NCBI GenBank assembly: GCA_947306345.1
Contig: CAMZGG010000001.1
Coordinates: forward strand, 1 to 52,941
Reading direction: 5' to 3'
DNA from: an uncultured Bacillales bacterium
Lineage (GTDB): Bacteria; Bacillota_I; Bacilli_A; RFN20; CAG-826
DNA: 52,941 bases
Part shown: positions 17,756 through 27,231 of the stretch, in pieces
Numbering within the stretch: position 1 is the first letter of the stretch
Layout: each line of letters opens with the position of its first letter
Notes under the pieces: model-generated
Seen by the model: only the letters and a program-made list of their open reading frames with translations
The model's database searches: none
What the model was told of the DNA's origin: nothing
Translations under genes and position numbers: made by a program

Positions 17756-18340
17756 ATGAATAACATTTTAGAATTTGGTGAATTATCACTCACTCAAAAA
17801 GAAGAAGCAGTGGAACTATTCATGGATGGCTTTGGTCAATTCATGACTTTCTCAAAAGACAAGGAACTTAAAAAGAAACTTTTTATCCAGATTTTTGATT
17901 CTAAATTATTCCTCTGTTATCTAGAAGATAATAAGGTTCTTGGTCTTATGGGATTAGGCACTAATAAAGTTAGACCAATCAACTTTAAAAAAGAGGTCTG
18001 CCAAGAACTCTTTGGCAAATGTAAAGGCGCAATTATTAGTAAGCAAATGAATGCTACTTTCCAGAAAATCGTGGTTAAGGGTGATAAAGAATTATACCTA
18101 GACACTTTAGTCACGCATCCTTCCTATAGAAGCAAAGGCATAGGTTCAATCCTTGTTAATAAAGCATGCTCTTTAAAAGAGTATAATTCAATCATCGTGG
18201 AAGTGTTTTCTAAGAATACCAAAGCTATTAGTTTTTATGAAAAGAATGGTTTTGTTATTACTAAGGAACATAAGTTCTCAATGATGAGATTATTAGGTTC
18301 TGGTTATCCTATCACGATGACAAAGCATATAAAGGACTGA
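17756..18340 (+). CDS. GNAT-family N-acetyltransferase
   Basis: Motif A region THPSYRSKGIGSILVNKA. I take the ATG at 17756, just after the upstream TAA, rather than the overlapping ORF-track start at 17723. Confidence 0.75.
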   Translation: MNNILEFGELSLTQKEEAVELFMDGFGQFMTFSKDKELKKKLFIQIFDSKLFLCYLEDNKVLGLMGLGTNKVRPINFKKEVCQELFGKCKGAIISKQMNATFQKIVVKGDKELYLDTLVTHPSYRSKGIGSILVNKACSLKEYNSIIVEVFSKNTKAISFYEKNGFVITKEHKFSMMRLLGSGYPITMTKHIKD

Positions 18341-18393
18341 ATATAGACTATTAACTCTGATTTTTGCTATATTATTTGAGAGCAAGTAGATTT

Positions 18394-19056
18394 ATGGCGG
18401 ATATCATCATCGTTGAAGATAATGTAGAAATCGGTAATCTCTTATGTGATTTTTTACGCAAAGAGAAATATTCAGTTTGTTTAGCCACAAGTGGTGAAAA
18501 GGCATTAGAACTTTTCGAAAAATATGGGGCTAAGATTTTTGTTTTAGATATTATGCTTCCTGGTATTGATGGTTTAGCGGTCACTTCTAAAATCCGTGAA
18601 ACCTCAAACGCTTATATCATTATCGCCAGCGCTAAATCCGAAAAAGAAGATAAACTCGCTGGTCTTAATCTAGGCGCAGATGACTATGTTGAAAAGCCAT
18701 ATGATGTTGATATCTTATTAGCAAAAATCAAAGGCGTCTTTAAAAGAAAATACGCCATTGAAGAGATACACGAAGGTAATCTCACCCTTAACACTGTTAA
18801 TAATGTTTTAAAAGTAAATAACAAACCAGTTACTGTGACTGATAAGGAATTCGAGTTATTAAAACTCTTAATTGAAAACAAAGGTACAACCTTAAAGAAA
18901 GAATATATCTTCAATACCATCTGGGGTAGTGATAGTGAATCAGAGCCTCAAACATTAACTGTTCATATCAAATGGTTAAGAGAAAAGATTGAAGAAGATC
19001 CAAAGAACCCTAAACACATCATCACCGTTTGGGGAAACGGCTACCGCTATGAGTAA
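18394..19056 (+). CDS. OmpR-family response regulator
   Basis: Receiver domain (IIIVEDN, VLDIMLPGIDG) plus winged-helix output (TVWGNGYRY). ATG at 18394 preferred over the TTG at 18364. Confidence 0.9.
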   Translation: MADIIIVEDNVEIGNLLCDFLRKEKYSVCLATSGEKALELFEKYGAKIFVLDIMLPGIDGLAVTSKIRETSNAYIIIASAKSEKEDKLAGLNLGADDYVEKPYDVDILLAKIKGVFKRKYAIEEIHEGNLTLNTVNNVLKVNNKPVTVTDKEFELLKLLIENKGTTLKKEYIFNTIWGSDSESEPQTLTVHIKWLREKIEEDPKNPKHIITVWGNGYRYE

Positions 19057-20266
19057 ATTTAGAAGGAATTCGATTATTGTTTTAATCGTGCAGCTATTGC
19101 TCATCGCTGTTTTTAATGTTGTTATATTCCTTAATCAACCAAAGAGTGAAGATAGACAGCACCGTGTTGATATTAACCGTATCCAATTAGCGATGTCTGA
19201 AGGCAAAGATGTGAACGCTGATGACTATGAAACAGTTATTAGAATCGTTCATTACGATAACAACTATCAAACCAATAATGACTATACAGTCATCAATGTA
19301 AATGGCGAATTATATTCTATTGAATATAAAATCAAAGACATTGATAACACACCAGTAATCTATATGAATATTGGATTAGGCGTAATGTTCTTATTAACCG
19401 CCGGTGTATTAATCTATATCGATTTACGAGTGCTCAAGCCATTCCATACATTAAGTAACTACTCCACAGAACTTGCTAAAGGTAATCTTTCTAAGCCGAT
19501 GAAAGAAGAAAAGAATAAGAACTTTGGTAAGTTTGTCTGGGGCATGGATATGCTTAGAGAAACTTTAGAAACAAATAAGAAGAACGAATTAAAGTTACAA
19601 AAGGATAAGAAGACTTTAATCCTTTCTATTTCTCATGATATTAAAACACCTTTATCAGCGATCAAACTTTATTCTAAAGCCTTAAAAGAAGGCATCTATG
19701 ATACAGAAGAAAAGAGAATTGAAGCGCTTAATGGCATTGATAAAAACGCGCAAGAAATCGAAAAGCACGTTTCCGATATCGTCACTGCTTCTAGAGAAGA
19801 TTTCTTAAATCTTACTGTGCATATGGGTGAGTTATATCTCAAAGATTTAATTAATAAAATTAATATTCTTTATAAGGAGAAGTTCTCTGTTCTTCATGTT
19901 GATTTCAAGATTGAAGAATTTGATAACTGCTTAATTAAAGGTGATGCCGATCGTTTAGAAGAAGTCTTACAAAACATTTTAGAGAACGCGATTAAATATG
20001 GTGATGGTCGTTACGTTAATATCAAAATTGATGAAGAAGAGAACTATAAACTAATTCAAATCACTAACTCAGGCTCTTCTTTAAAGGAAGAAGAACTACC
20101 ACATCTATTTGATTCTTTCTATCGCGGTAGTAACGCTGAAAAGAAAGATGGTAGTGGTCTTGGCTTATACATTGCTAAAAACCTCATGAAAATGATGGGT
20201 GGAGACGTTTTTGCTAAAATTAATAACGACGAATTCATCGCAGTTACTGTAGTAAAGAAATGCTAA
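19049..20266 (+). CDS. Sensor histidine kinase (2 TM, about 85-aa external loop)
   Basis: H-box SISHDIKTPLSAI, N-box ENAIKYG, G-box GSGLGLYIA. The start overlaps the RR stop (ATGAGTAA). Confidence 0.9.
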   Translation: MSKFRRNSIIVLIVQLLLIAVFNVVIFLNQPKSEDRQHRVDINRIQLAMSEGKDVNADDYETVIRIVHYDNNYQTNNDYTVINVNGELYSIEYKIKDIDNTPVIYMNIGLGVMFLLTAGVLIYIDLRVLKPFHTLSNYSTELAKGNLSKPMKEEKNKNFGKFVWGMDMLRETLETNKKNELKLQKDKKTLILSISHDIKTPLSAIKLYSKALKEGIYDTEEKRIEALNGIDKNAQEIEKHVSDIVTASREDFLNLTVHMGELYLKDLINKINILYKEKFSVLHVDFKIEEFDNCLIKGDADRLEEVLQNILENAIKYGDGRYVNIKIDEEENYKLIQITNSGSSLKEEELPHLFDSFYRGSNAEKKDGSGLGLYIAKNLMKMMGGDVFAKINNDEFIAVTVVKKC

Positions 20267-20353
20267 AACAATAAATTTTTTGCATTTAATGATTATTTAA
20301 TAATTTGTTTTTTATAATTGAGCCATCCTACTGAAAAGGAGGGCTTATTATTT

Positions 20354-22726
20354 ATGTTTCTAAGGATATTAAAAAAAGATATCAAGCGTAAGAAAACCAT
20401 GAATATCATCATGTTGGTATTCATCATCTTAGCGTCAATGTTTGTCGCTAGTGGTCTTAATAACGTTATTACTATTGCTAATGGCACCAATTATTTCTTT
20501 GACCAAGCTGGTCTTGGTGATTATATTGCTGCAAGAAAAGGTTCAGGTAGTTCAACTGAGACATTTGATGATATCTTACCAACCATTGGTGAAATCAAAT
20601 CATATCGTGTTGATGAAGTCATCTTTGCCACTAAAGAAACAGTGGAAACAGAAAAAGGTGAACAAGCAAAATTCGACAACACTATGCTTATTCAAAGCTT
20701 AGAAGATAGTGGTCTTAATTATTTCGATATTAATGATAAAGTGGCCACAATCGTTCCTGAAGGTCATTTCTATTCATCTTATAGATTTGCTAAAGATAAC
20801 AATTTAAAGTCTGGCGATAAGATGATTGTTAAGAGTAATGACGTCCGTCTTAACTTAACATTTGATGGCACTCTTAAAGATGCCTTATTCGGTTCCGATA
20901 TGCTTAATAACGTCAGATTGTTCTTAAGTAGAGCGGACTATACCAACTTAAGAGACAATGGTGTCTCTGAACCAGGGATGATTGGTGAATTTGCTTATAT
21001 TGACACTGACGATGTGGCAGCGGTTGATGTTGCTTTGACAAAGAAGTGCCCAACCTTAATGTTAAATAGACCAAGAGCGACTATTGAATCAGCTTACTTC
21101 ATGAACATGGTTTTAGCGTTCGTGACCTTGATCTTAAGTGTCTGCTTAATTATTGTTTCGTTCGTTATCTTAAGATTTACCATCACCTTTACCATCACTG
21201 AAGAATACCGTGAAATCGGTGTTATGAAAGCTATTGGTATTAGAGATATCAAGATTAAGAGCTTATATTTAACTAAATATTTAGTTATCGCTGTCTTAGG
21301 CTCACTAATAGGCTTTGGTGTTAGCTTCCCATTCTCTAAGTTGCTATTAGGTAGTGTTACCAAAATGATGGTCCTTGGTAATGGCTTAGGTATCATTCCA
21401 AATATCATTGGTTCATTATTGGTCGTCTTATCTATCTTGGGCTTTGCCTACTTAGCCACAGGTGTAGTTAAAAAAGCCACTCCAGTTGACGCTATTAGAA
21501 AAGGTCAAACTGGTGAAAGATTCAAAAAGAAATCAAAACTCAAATTATCTAAGAGCAGAACAAATTCCATTACCTTTATGGCGTGCAATGATGTTCTTAG
21601 TAATAAAAAGAAATATATCGCAGTGGCGTCCGTCTTCGCCCTTTGTACAGCCTTTGTCCTTGTCATGACAAACACTGTTAACACAATGAAGGGTGATGGC
21701 TTAATCGATTCATTCTCCGCTCGTAGTGATCTCTACTACACAGATCAAGACAAACAGATGTCCTTCATGCACGAAGGTGGTAATGAAGAGATTAAAGAAT
21801 ACATGACAAAGGTTGAAAATGATTTAACCGATATGGGTATGCCAGGCCATATCTTCGTCGATGCCCAATACATCTTCAAAATCACAAGTAATGACAATGA
21901 ATATTCCATCTCTTGCCAACAAGGCATTGGTTCCACAATCGATATGTACACATTCACGCAAGGTACAGCACCTCGAAATATGTACGAGATTGCCATTACA
22001 CCAACAATCTCTAGTAAGATTAACGCCCATATTGGTGACACCGTGACAGTTGACTATGGTACAGGTCCTGTTCAAACAACAGTTACAGCGTACTATCAAA
22101 CCATGAACTGGATGGGTGAAGTCATTAGAATCCATGAAAGCGCTCCAACAAACTTAAAGAATTGTACTTCTTGGATGGCTTTCCAAATCAATTTCACTGA
22201 TCATCCATCAGCTAATACCATCAAAGAACGCAAACAAAAACTTATTGAATATCTAGGTGGTAAAGAAGTGCAACTTCCTAACGAATATCAAGCGGATTGT
22301 ATCGGTGTTGTCCCAACGATGGAAACAGTGCAAATATCACTTCTCGCTATTACCTTAGTGGTGGTCACACTCGTGGTTGTCTTAATGGAACGTTCATTCA
22401 TCAGCGATGAAAAGAACGAAATAGCGATTCTAAAAGCCGTTGGCTTCAAGGACCGAAGAATTATTCTCTACCACATGATAAGGTTTGGCATTGCCACTTT
22501 AGTGGCGGTCATCTTCGCTGGAGCGATATCCATTCCATTAACATATGCGACTATTGGACCAATCTTCTTATCAATGGGTATGTCCACGATGAAGTTTATC
22601 ATTGACCCACTCAGTGTCTTCGTGATGTATCCACTCATCATCTTAGCCGCTGCGTTATTAATCGCATTTATCACATCGCTTATCACAAAAACAATTAAGA
22701 GTTCTGATACTGCAAGTATCGAATAA
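20354..22726 (+). CDS. ABC transporter permease, FtsX/MacB-type with large extracytoplasmic domains
   Basis: Two FtsX-like modules (EIGVMKAIGIRD; EIAILKAVGFKD). AAGGAGG RBS before the ATG at 20354. Confidence 0.85.
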   Translation: MFLRILKKDIKRKKTMNIIMLVFIILASMFVASGLNNVITIANGTNYFFDQAGLGDYIAARKGSGSSTETFDDILPTIGEIKSYRVDEVIFATKETVETEKGEQAKFDNTMLIQSLEDSGLNYFDINDKVATIVPEGHFYSSYRFAKDNNLKSGDKMIVKSNDVRLNLTFDGTLKDALFGSDMLNNVRLFLSRADYTNLRDNGVSEPGMIGEFAYIDTDDVAAVDVALTKKCPTLMLNRPRATIESAYFMNMVLAFVTLILSVCLIIVSFVILRFTITFTITEEYREIGVMKAIGIRDIKIKSLYLTKYLVIAVLGSLIGFGVSFPFSKLLLGSVTKMMVLGNGLGIIPNIIGSLLVVLSILGFAYLATGVVKKATPVDAIRKGQTGERFKKKSKLKLSKSRTNSITFMACNDVLSNKKKYIAVASVFALCTAFVLVMTNTVNTMKGDGLIDSFSARSDLYYTDQDKQMSFMHEGGNEEIKEYMTKVENDLTDMGMPGHIFVDAQYIFKITSNDNEYSISCQQGIGSTIDMYTFTQGTAPRNMYEIAITPTISSKINAHIGDTVTVDYGTGPVQTTVTAYYQTMNWMGEVIRIHESAPTNLKNCTSWMAFQINFTDHPSANTIKERKQKLIEYLGGKEVQLPNEYQADCIGVVPTMETVQISLLAITLVVVTLVVVLMERSFISDEKNEIAILKAVGFKDRRIILYHMIRFGIATLVAVIFAGAISIPLTYATIGPIFLSMGMSTMKFIIDPLSVFVMYPLIILAAALLIAFITSLITKTIKSSDTASIE

Positions 22727-22741
22727 TAGGAGGAAACAATC

Positions 22742-23500
22742 ATGAATATTATTGAAGCAAAGAATTTATGTAAAACATACATTGTCGATAAAAGACAAAA
22801 CAATGTTTTAAAGAATGTTAACTTAAGAGTCGAAAAAGGAGAAATGGTGGGCATTATGGGTCCATCCGGTAGTGGTAAATCCACACTCCTATACTGTATC
22901 TCTGGTATGGACAAGATTACTTCCGGGGAAGTCATCTTTGACCACAAAGATATCTCTCAACTTAGTAAAAACGAGTTATCCGAATTAAGACTTAATAAGA
23001 TGGGTTTCATCTTCCAACAAATGTTTATGATGAAGAACTTATCTATTTTAGACAACATCCTTCTTCCTTCTATTGAAAGTAAAAAAGAAACCATTTCTAG
23101 AAAAGAAAAACTCGCTAAAGCGGAAGCCTTAATGAGAAAGTTAGGTATCATCGAAATCGCTGACAACGATATTAACGAAGTATCTGGTGGTCAACTCCAA
23201 AGAGCGTGTATTGCTAGAAGCATGATTAATAATCCAGATATCTTATTCGCTGATGAACCAACTGGTGCTTTAAATAGACAATCTTCTAAAGAAGTTATGG
23301 ATGAGTTATGTAAACTAAATGAAGAAGGTACCACAATTATGATGGTTACTCACGATAGCAAAGTGGCCGCTAGATGCTCCCGAATCCTCTATATTGTCGA
23401 CGGTCAAATTGCGGGTGAGTTCAAAAACACCGATCCTTCCCTTGACCAAAAGGAAAGAGAAAGAGCACTCAATACCTGGCTCATGGATATGGGTTGGTAA
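22742..23500 (+). CDS. ABC transporter ATP-binding protein
   Basis: Walker A GPSGSGKST, signature SGGQLQR, Walker B ILFADEPT. Confidence 0.9.
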   Translation: MNIIEAKNLCKTYIVDKRQNNVLKNVNLRVEKGEMVGIMGPSGSGKSTLLYCISGMDKITSGEVIFDHKDISQLSKNELSELRLNKMGFIFQQMFMMKNLSILDNILLPSIESKKETISRKEKLAKAEALMRKLGIIEIADNDINEVSGGQLQRACIARSMINNPDILFADEPTGALNRQSSKEVMDELCKLNEEGTTIMMVTHDSKVAARCSRILYIVDGQIAGEFKNTDPSLDQKERERALNTWLMDMGW

Positions 23501-23507
23501 AAAAGTT

Positions 23508-23534
23508 AACAGCCTAGTGCTGTTTTCTTTTTTC
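23508..23534 (+). terminator. Rho-independent terminator
   Basis: AACAGC-ctagt-GCTGTT followed by TTCTTTTTTC. Confidence 0.7.
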
Positions 23535-23576
23535 TTAATATAGCGTTAATTTTAAAAACTCTTTATCATATATATT

Positions 23577-24587
23577 GTGAAAAGATTTAATAACATTTCT
23601 ATATATAGAATTATCGCGACGATTTGTGTTCTACAATTCCATATTTTCTATATTCTTTATGACCGCGCTATTCCTTGGGAAATGCTTTTAAGTAAAGGCG
23701 TACAAGGTTTAACTGCCTTATCAGGTTTCTTATATTCACAAAAACTCATTACTGATAATAAGAAGTTCTATCTTGGTAATTTAGTTAAACTAATGATTCC
23801 TGCTTTGATTGTCGTGGGCTTTATTGTGACATGGGATGTTATTTATATGGCTATCAATAACAGTTGGGATTGGATGATGTTTGCCACTCATAGAGCCTAT
23901 GGTGGTCGTATCATTACTCAAGTCGATAACTATTATTACCTAGCCTATATTATCGTCTGCTATTTAATCACACCAGTCTTACAACGTAATGATAAGTGGA
24001 GTGTTGTAGCGGTCGTTTCTGTTATCGCTACTGAAGTAGCAGTGGGCTTCTTCTTTGGTCCAGCCATGATTGCGGTTACCTATGTTGCGGGTTACTACAT
24101 CGGTAAGAAATACTTTAAGATCTACACTAATCCAGAAGAGAAATATAGCTTTAAGTCATTAATTCAATGGAGTCTAATCCTATTAGTCTCAATTGGTTGT
24201 TATTACTTAATCAAAACATATAACTTTGGTGATAGTTACTTCTTAAGTAACCTCCATAACTTAACAAACAATATCATTGCTACCGTCTTTGGTGTAGCGA
24301 CATTGTTCTTTGGCTTGATGATGTTCAAACCTCTCAACAAGTTCAAAGGCTTACCATTATTCAAATACACGGACAAACTAGCGTTGATCATTTATTTGAT
24401 GAACCAAGCCTTTATGTGTGGAGCAATGAGTATCACTAGATGGGTGGAACCAATGTGGTTAGTAACCATCCTTATCTATGTCTTTACAATTGCTTCCTCC
24501 GTCTTATTACTATTCATTAGTGAACTAGTGCTTAAGAGTATTTACAACCGTCCAAAAAAGGTCGAACAAAATGTCCAAGAAAGCTAA
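23577..24587 (+). CDS. Acyltransferase-3 family membrane protein (O-acyltransferase)
   Basis: GTG start. N-terminal SIYRIIATICVLQFH motif and about 10 TM segments. Confidence 0.65.
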   Translation: MKRFNNISIYRIIATICVLQFHIFYILYDRAIPWEMLLSKGVQGLTALSGFLYSQKLITDNKKFYLGNLVKLMIPALIVVGFIVTWDVIYMAINNSWDWMMFATHRAYGGRIITQVDNYYYLAYIIVCYLITPVLQRNDKWSVVAVVSVIATEVAVGFFFGPAMIAVTYVAGYYIGKKYFKIYTNPEEKYSFKSLIQWSLILLVSIGCYYLIKTYNFGDSYFLSNLHNLTNNIIATVFGVATLFFGLMMFKPLNKFKGLPLFKYTDKLALIIYLMNQAFMCGAMSITRWVEPMWLVTILIYVFTIASSVLLLFISELVLKSIYNRPKKVEQNVQES

Positions 24588-25644
24588 AAAGATTATTATT
24601 GGTTCTCTTCTCGGAGCGGTAACCCTTTATTTTGGTTTAGGCATCGTTGGTGTCCTTGTCGCTACTGAAGGCTATATCAATATCAGAAACTGTGATCTAG
24701 ATTTATTAGATGAAGACTTTTATCGTGTGCAAAAGTGTCGTGATGATTATGACTCTTTAAAAGAAAGAGAAATAGTGACATTCTCCTGTGGCAAGGAAAC
24801 CTTAACAGGATACTTATATGAAAACCCATCCCCTAAAGGTGTGATAGTGTTCTCTCACGGCGTTAAAAACCTCGCTGATGCGAATATGTCACAAATGCAA
24901 GATTACTATGTCACACATGGTTATACCGTCTTCTCTTTTGATATGACAGGCTGCGGACGTAGTACTGGTAAAGGTATTAGAACCCTTTATGAATCCACAA
25001 ACTGCGTCGTAAATGCGGTAAACAAGGTCAAGGAGCTCGATAAAACCAAAGACTTACCAATCTTCCTCATCGGTCATAGTTGGGGCGCCTATGGGGCTGT
25101 TACGGCCACTGATAAGGTGGACGACGTTAAAGCAGTTGCTTCATTCTCCGCTTATAACACTCCTAGTGAAATGATGTATGGTTCTATGGAAGCTAATACA
25201 TCTAAAGCTGTAGTCCTTATGAAACCATCTATTCAATTAGGATTATTCTTACACTGGGGCACATATATCAACTATTCCGCTGAAGGTTCTATCAAGAACC
25301 ACCCAGATATCCCTTACGTAGTGGTGCATGGAACTGAAGACACAACTGTGCCATGTAAGACATATTCTCTCTATGACAATATCGTTAATGATCATTATGA
25401 AAACGTCACTGCGATTAAGTTAGAAGGCCTACATCATGGAACGCCATGGAAGACCTTAGAAGCTGAAACATTAACTGGGGAATATGAAAAAGGACTAACA
25501 GAATTAAGAAAGCAATATAAAGACAAACTCCCTGATGAAGTAAGGGAAGAATATATTGCTTCAATTGACAAAGACAAAAGTAGTGCGGTTAATACCGAAC
25601 TATTAAATCAGATAGATGAGATATTCACTTCTAGAATATCGTGA
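24571..25644 (+). CDS. Membrane-anchored alpha/beta hydrolase
   Basis: N-terminal TM segment, GHSWGAYG nucleophile elbow, C-terminal VHGTEDTTV / LHHG motifs. Confidence 0.8.
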   Translation: MSKKAKKIIIGSLLGAVTLYFGLGIVGVLVATEGYINIRNCDLDLLDEDFYRVQKCRDDYDSLKEREIVTFSCGKETLTGYLYENPSPKGVIVFSHGVKNLADANMSQMQDYYVTHGYTVFSFDMTGCGRSTGKGIRTLYESTNCVVNAVNKVKELDKTKDLPIFLIGHSWGAYGAVTATDKVDDVKAVASFSAYNTPSEMMYGSMEANTSKAVVLMKPSIQLGLFLHWGTYINYSAEGSIKNHPDIPYVVVHGTEDTTVPCKTYSLYDNIVNDHYENVTAIKLEGLHHGTPWKTLEAETLTGEYEKGLTELRKQYKDKLPDEVREEYIASIDKDKSSAVNTELLNQIDEIFTSRIS

Positions 25645-25650
25645 TATAAT
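25642..25650 (+). promoter_or_regulatory. Extended -10 element (TGATATAAT) overlapping the hydrolase stop codon
   Basis: This is the same GTGATATAAT arrangement seen at 13292..13301. It lies upstream of the 84-aa ORF. Confidence 0.4.
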
Positions 25651-25682
25651 TTTATTAGAGATAATCAAAGGAATTTACAACA

Positions 25683-25937
25683 ATGAAACATTTTTTAAAG
25701 AATCGTTTGAACTTATTAGCCTTCATCCTTCTCGTAGGGTCTCCACTTCTTCCGTTGACCGCTTATGGTGGCGATATCTTGGCTTATTGTATGGGCTACC
25801 ATCATGGCTTTACACAACCATGGCCAACAATTCAAACAGTTTTATATATCTCCTTCTTTGTGATATTCTTTGCCACTCTTATTTTCTTACTTGTCCGTTT
25901 AGTTTTAGCGGACAAAAAGATTGATAAAGTCCAATAA
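25683..25937 (+). CDS. Small membrane/secreted protein (84 aa)
   Basis: AAAGGAA RBS. Signal-like N-terminus and a C-terminal TM segment. Preferred over the overlapping frame 25616..25924. Confidence 0.45.
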   Translation: MKHFLKNRLNLLAFILLVGSPLLPLTAYGGDILAYCMGYHHGFTQPWPTIQTVLYISFFVIFFATLIFLLVRLVLADKKIDKVQ

Positions 25938-25978
25938 CAATAGTGGTCTTAAAACCCTTTAAAAAAGTGAAATAACTC

Positions 25979-26006
25979 TTGAATTTACTATAAAAAAACA
26001 TATAAT
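25979..26006 (+). promoter_or_regulatory. Near-consensus promoter (TTGAAT-16 nt-TATAAT)
   Basis: -35 at 25979..25984 and -10 at 26001..26006, within an AT-rich 268-nt intergenic region. Confidence 0.55.
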
Positions 26007-26205
26007 TATAAACTCTAATATATAGACGACAATAAAGTATGACTAAATCTATACTTTTTTGTGTTTTTGTCACATATAGGTTAATTAATATTACATTTTT
26101 AAAAACTTGTAATGAAAAATGAAAAAAAGCACGATGATACGTGACTTTTTTTAATTAAACAATAATAAAATGAAATTAAGTAAAAAATAGAAAGGATTTA
26201 TAATT

Positions 26206-27183
26206 ATGATTTTTACTACATTCGCTGCGGCCGCTTTAGCCGCAATTACAGGCGTGGCAACTGTTCGTGCTCCTGGTGGCAATCAACAACAAGTTGAAGT
26301 CAACCCAGAATATGCTTATGAAGTTTCGGTTGCTGAAATTGCCAATCCTAAAGCTTTCTTAGAAAACCTTGGTTCAGTTGTCCAAGATCTCGATAGTTTC
26401 AATCCAAGAGAGGGCTTGAGTCAAATTCAAAACAGAAACAAGAAAGCTGCAAAATCAATTTTCAGTACTTTCAGAGATGGTTTACTTTCTTCTGGTATAG
26501 AGGCTCCAGAAACAATTACATATTTCAACATGTACCACGTTGAAGAAAGAACAGGACCAAGACCACGAGTCAAATTCAAAGTTGATGTTTATGACTACTC
26601 AATTATTACAATTGCTGATGGCGATGAAAACGTCGCGACATTTATTGATGCTCCAAAAGGTCTTTTAACGCAAAACGGCGTTCCTGCAAACTACGAGTTT
26701 GATGATTTTTATATCATTCCTTCAGGCGCAGTTAAGGCTGCTAGCCAAGAGGTCTTTAGAATTGTTTGGGAAAAAGTTGCTGAACTTGGTATCGATGAAG
26801 TTAACCATGCCAAGGAATATGTGAATTACATTTTCCCTGATCCAGACGACAACACTCTCCCACCTCCTATTGACTGGAGAGATTGGATTAGTGAAACCTT
26901 TGGCGCAGGCCAAATTGGTATCGCCGATTTAATGATACACTTAATGGCTTCTGGTTCATTGCTCGAAAAAATCAATGCAATGAGTGGCAAATATTCTGTA
27001 TTAGAGAATTACGAATACAGCATCCTCGCTGGAACACATCTAAGCATGGCTCTTGAACAAGCAGACTATAATATTGGTCAATATGCTCTTAACACATCTG
27101 TTTTTAGCAGCGCTATGCAAACAGTGTTAACTACAGGTTACGATAATGTTCTTGCAAACAACGGTTTATACATCGTTCAATAA
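26206..27183 (+). CDS. Hypothetical protein (325 aa), probable secreted orphan
   Basis: AGAAAGGA RBS. Hydrophobic N-terminus ending TVRA/PGG. No recognisable domain. Confidence 0.6.
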   Translation: MIFTTFAAAALAAITGVATVRAPGGNQQQVEVNPEYAYEVSVAEIANPKAFLENLGSVVQDLDSFNPREGLSQIQNRNKKAAKSIFSTFRDGLLSSGIEAPETITYFNMYHVEERTGPRPRVKFKVDVYDYSIITIADGDENVATFIDAPKGLLTQNGVPANYEFDDFYIIPSGAVKAASQEVFRIVWEKVAELGIDEVNHAKEYVNYIFPDPDDNTLPPPIDWRDWISETFGAGQIGIADLMIHLMASGSLLEKINAMSGKYSVLENYEYSILAGTHLSMALEQADYNIGQYALNTSVFSSAMQTVLTTGYDNVLANNGLYIVQ

Positions 27184-27196
27184 GAATAACGTTTAA

Positions 27197-27231
27197 ATAA
27201 AAACACCTGACATTTTGCCAGGTGTTTTTTT
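27197..27231. terminator. Bidirectional rho-independent terminator between convergent genes
   Basis: CACCTG (27204..27209) pairs with CAGGTG (27219..27224), flanked by an A-run and a T-run. Confidence 0.8.

Noticed and set aside
25616-25924. 102-aa ORF overlapping the 84-aa ORF in another frame
   Set aside because: It begins inside the preceding hydrolase gene without an RBS. The 25683 frame has an SD, an upstream extended -10, and signal/TM features.
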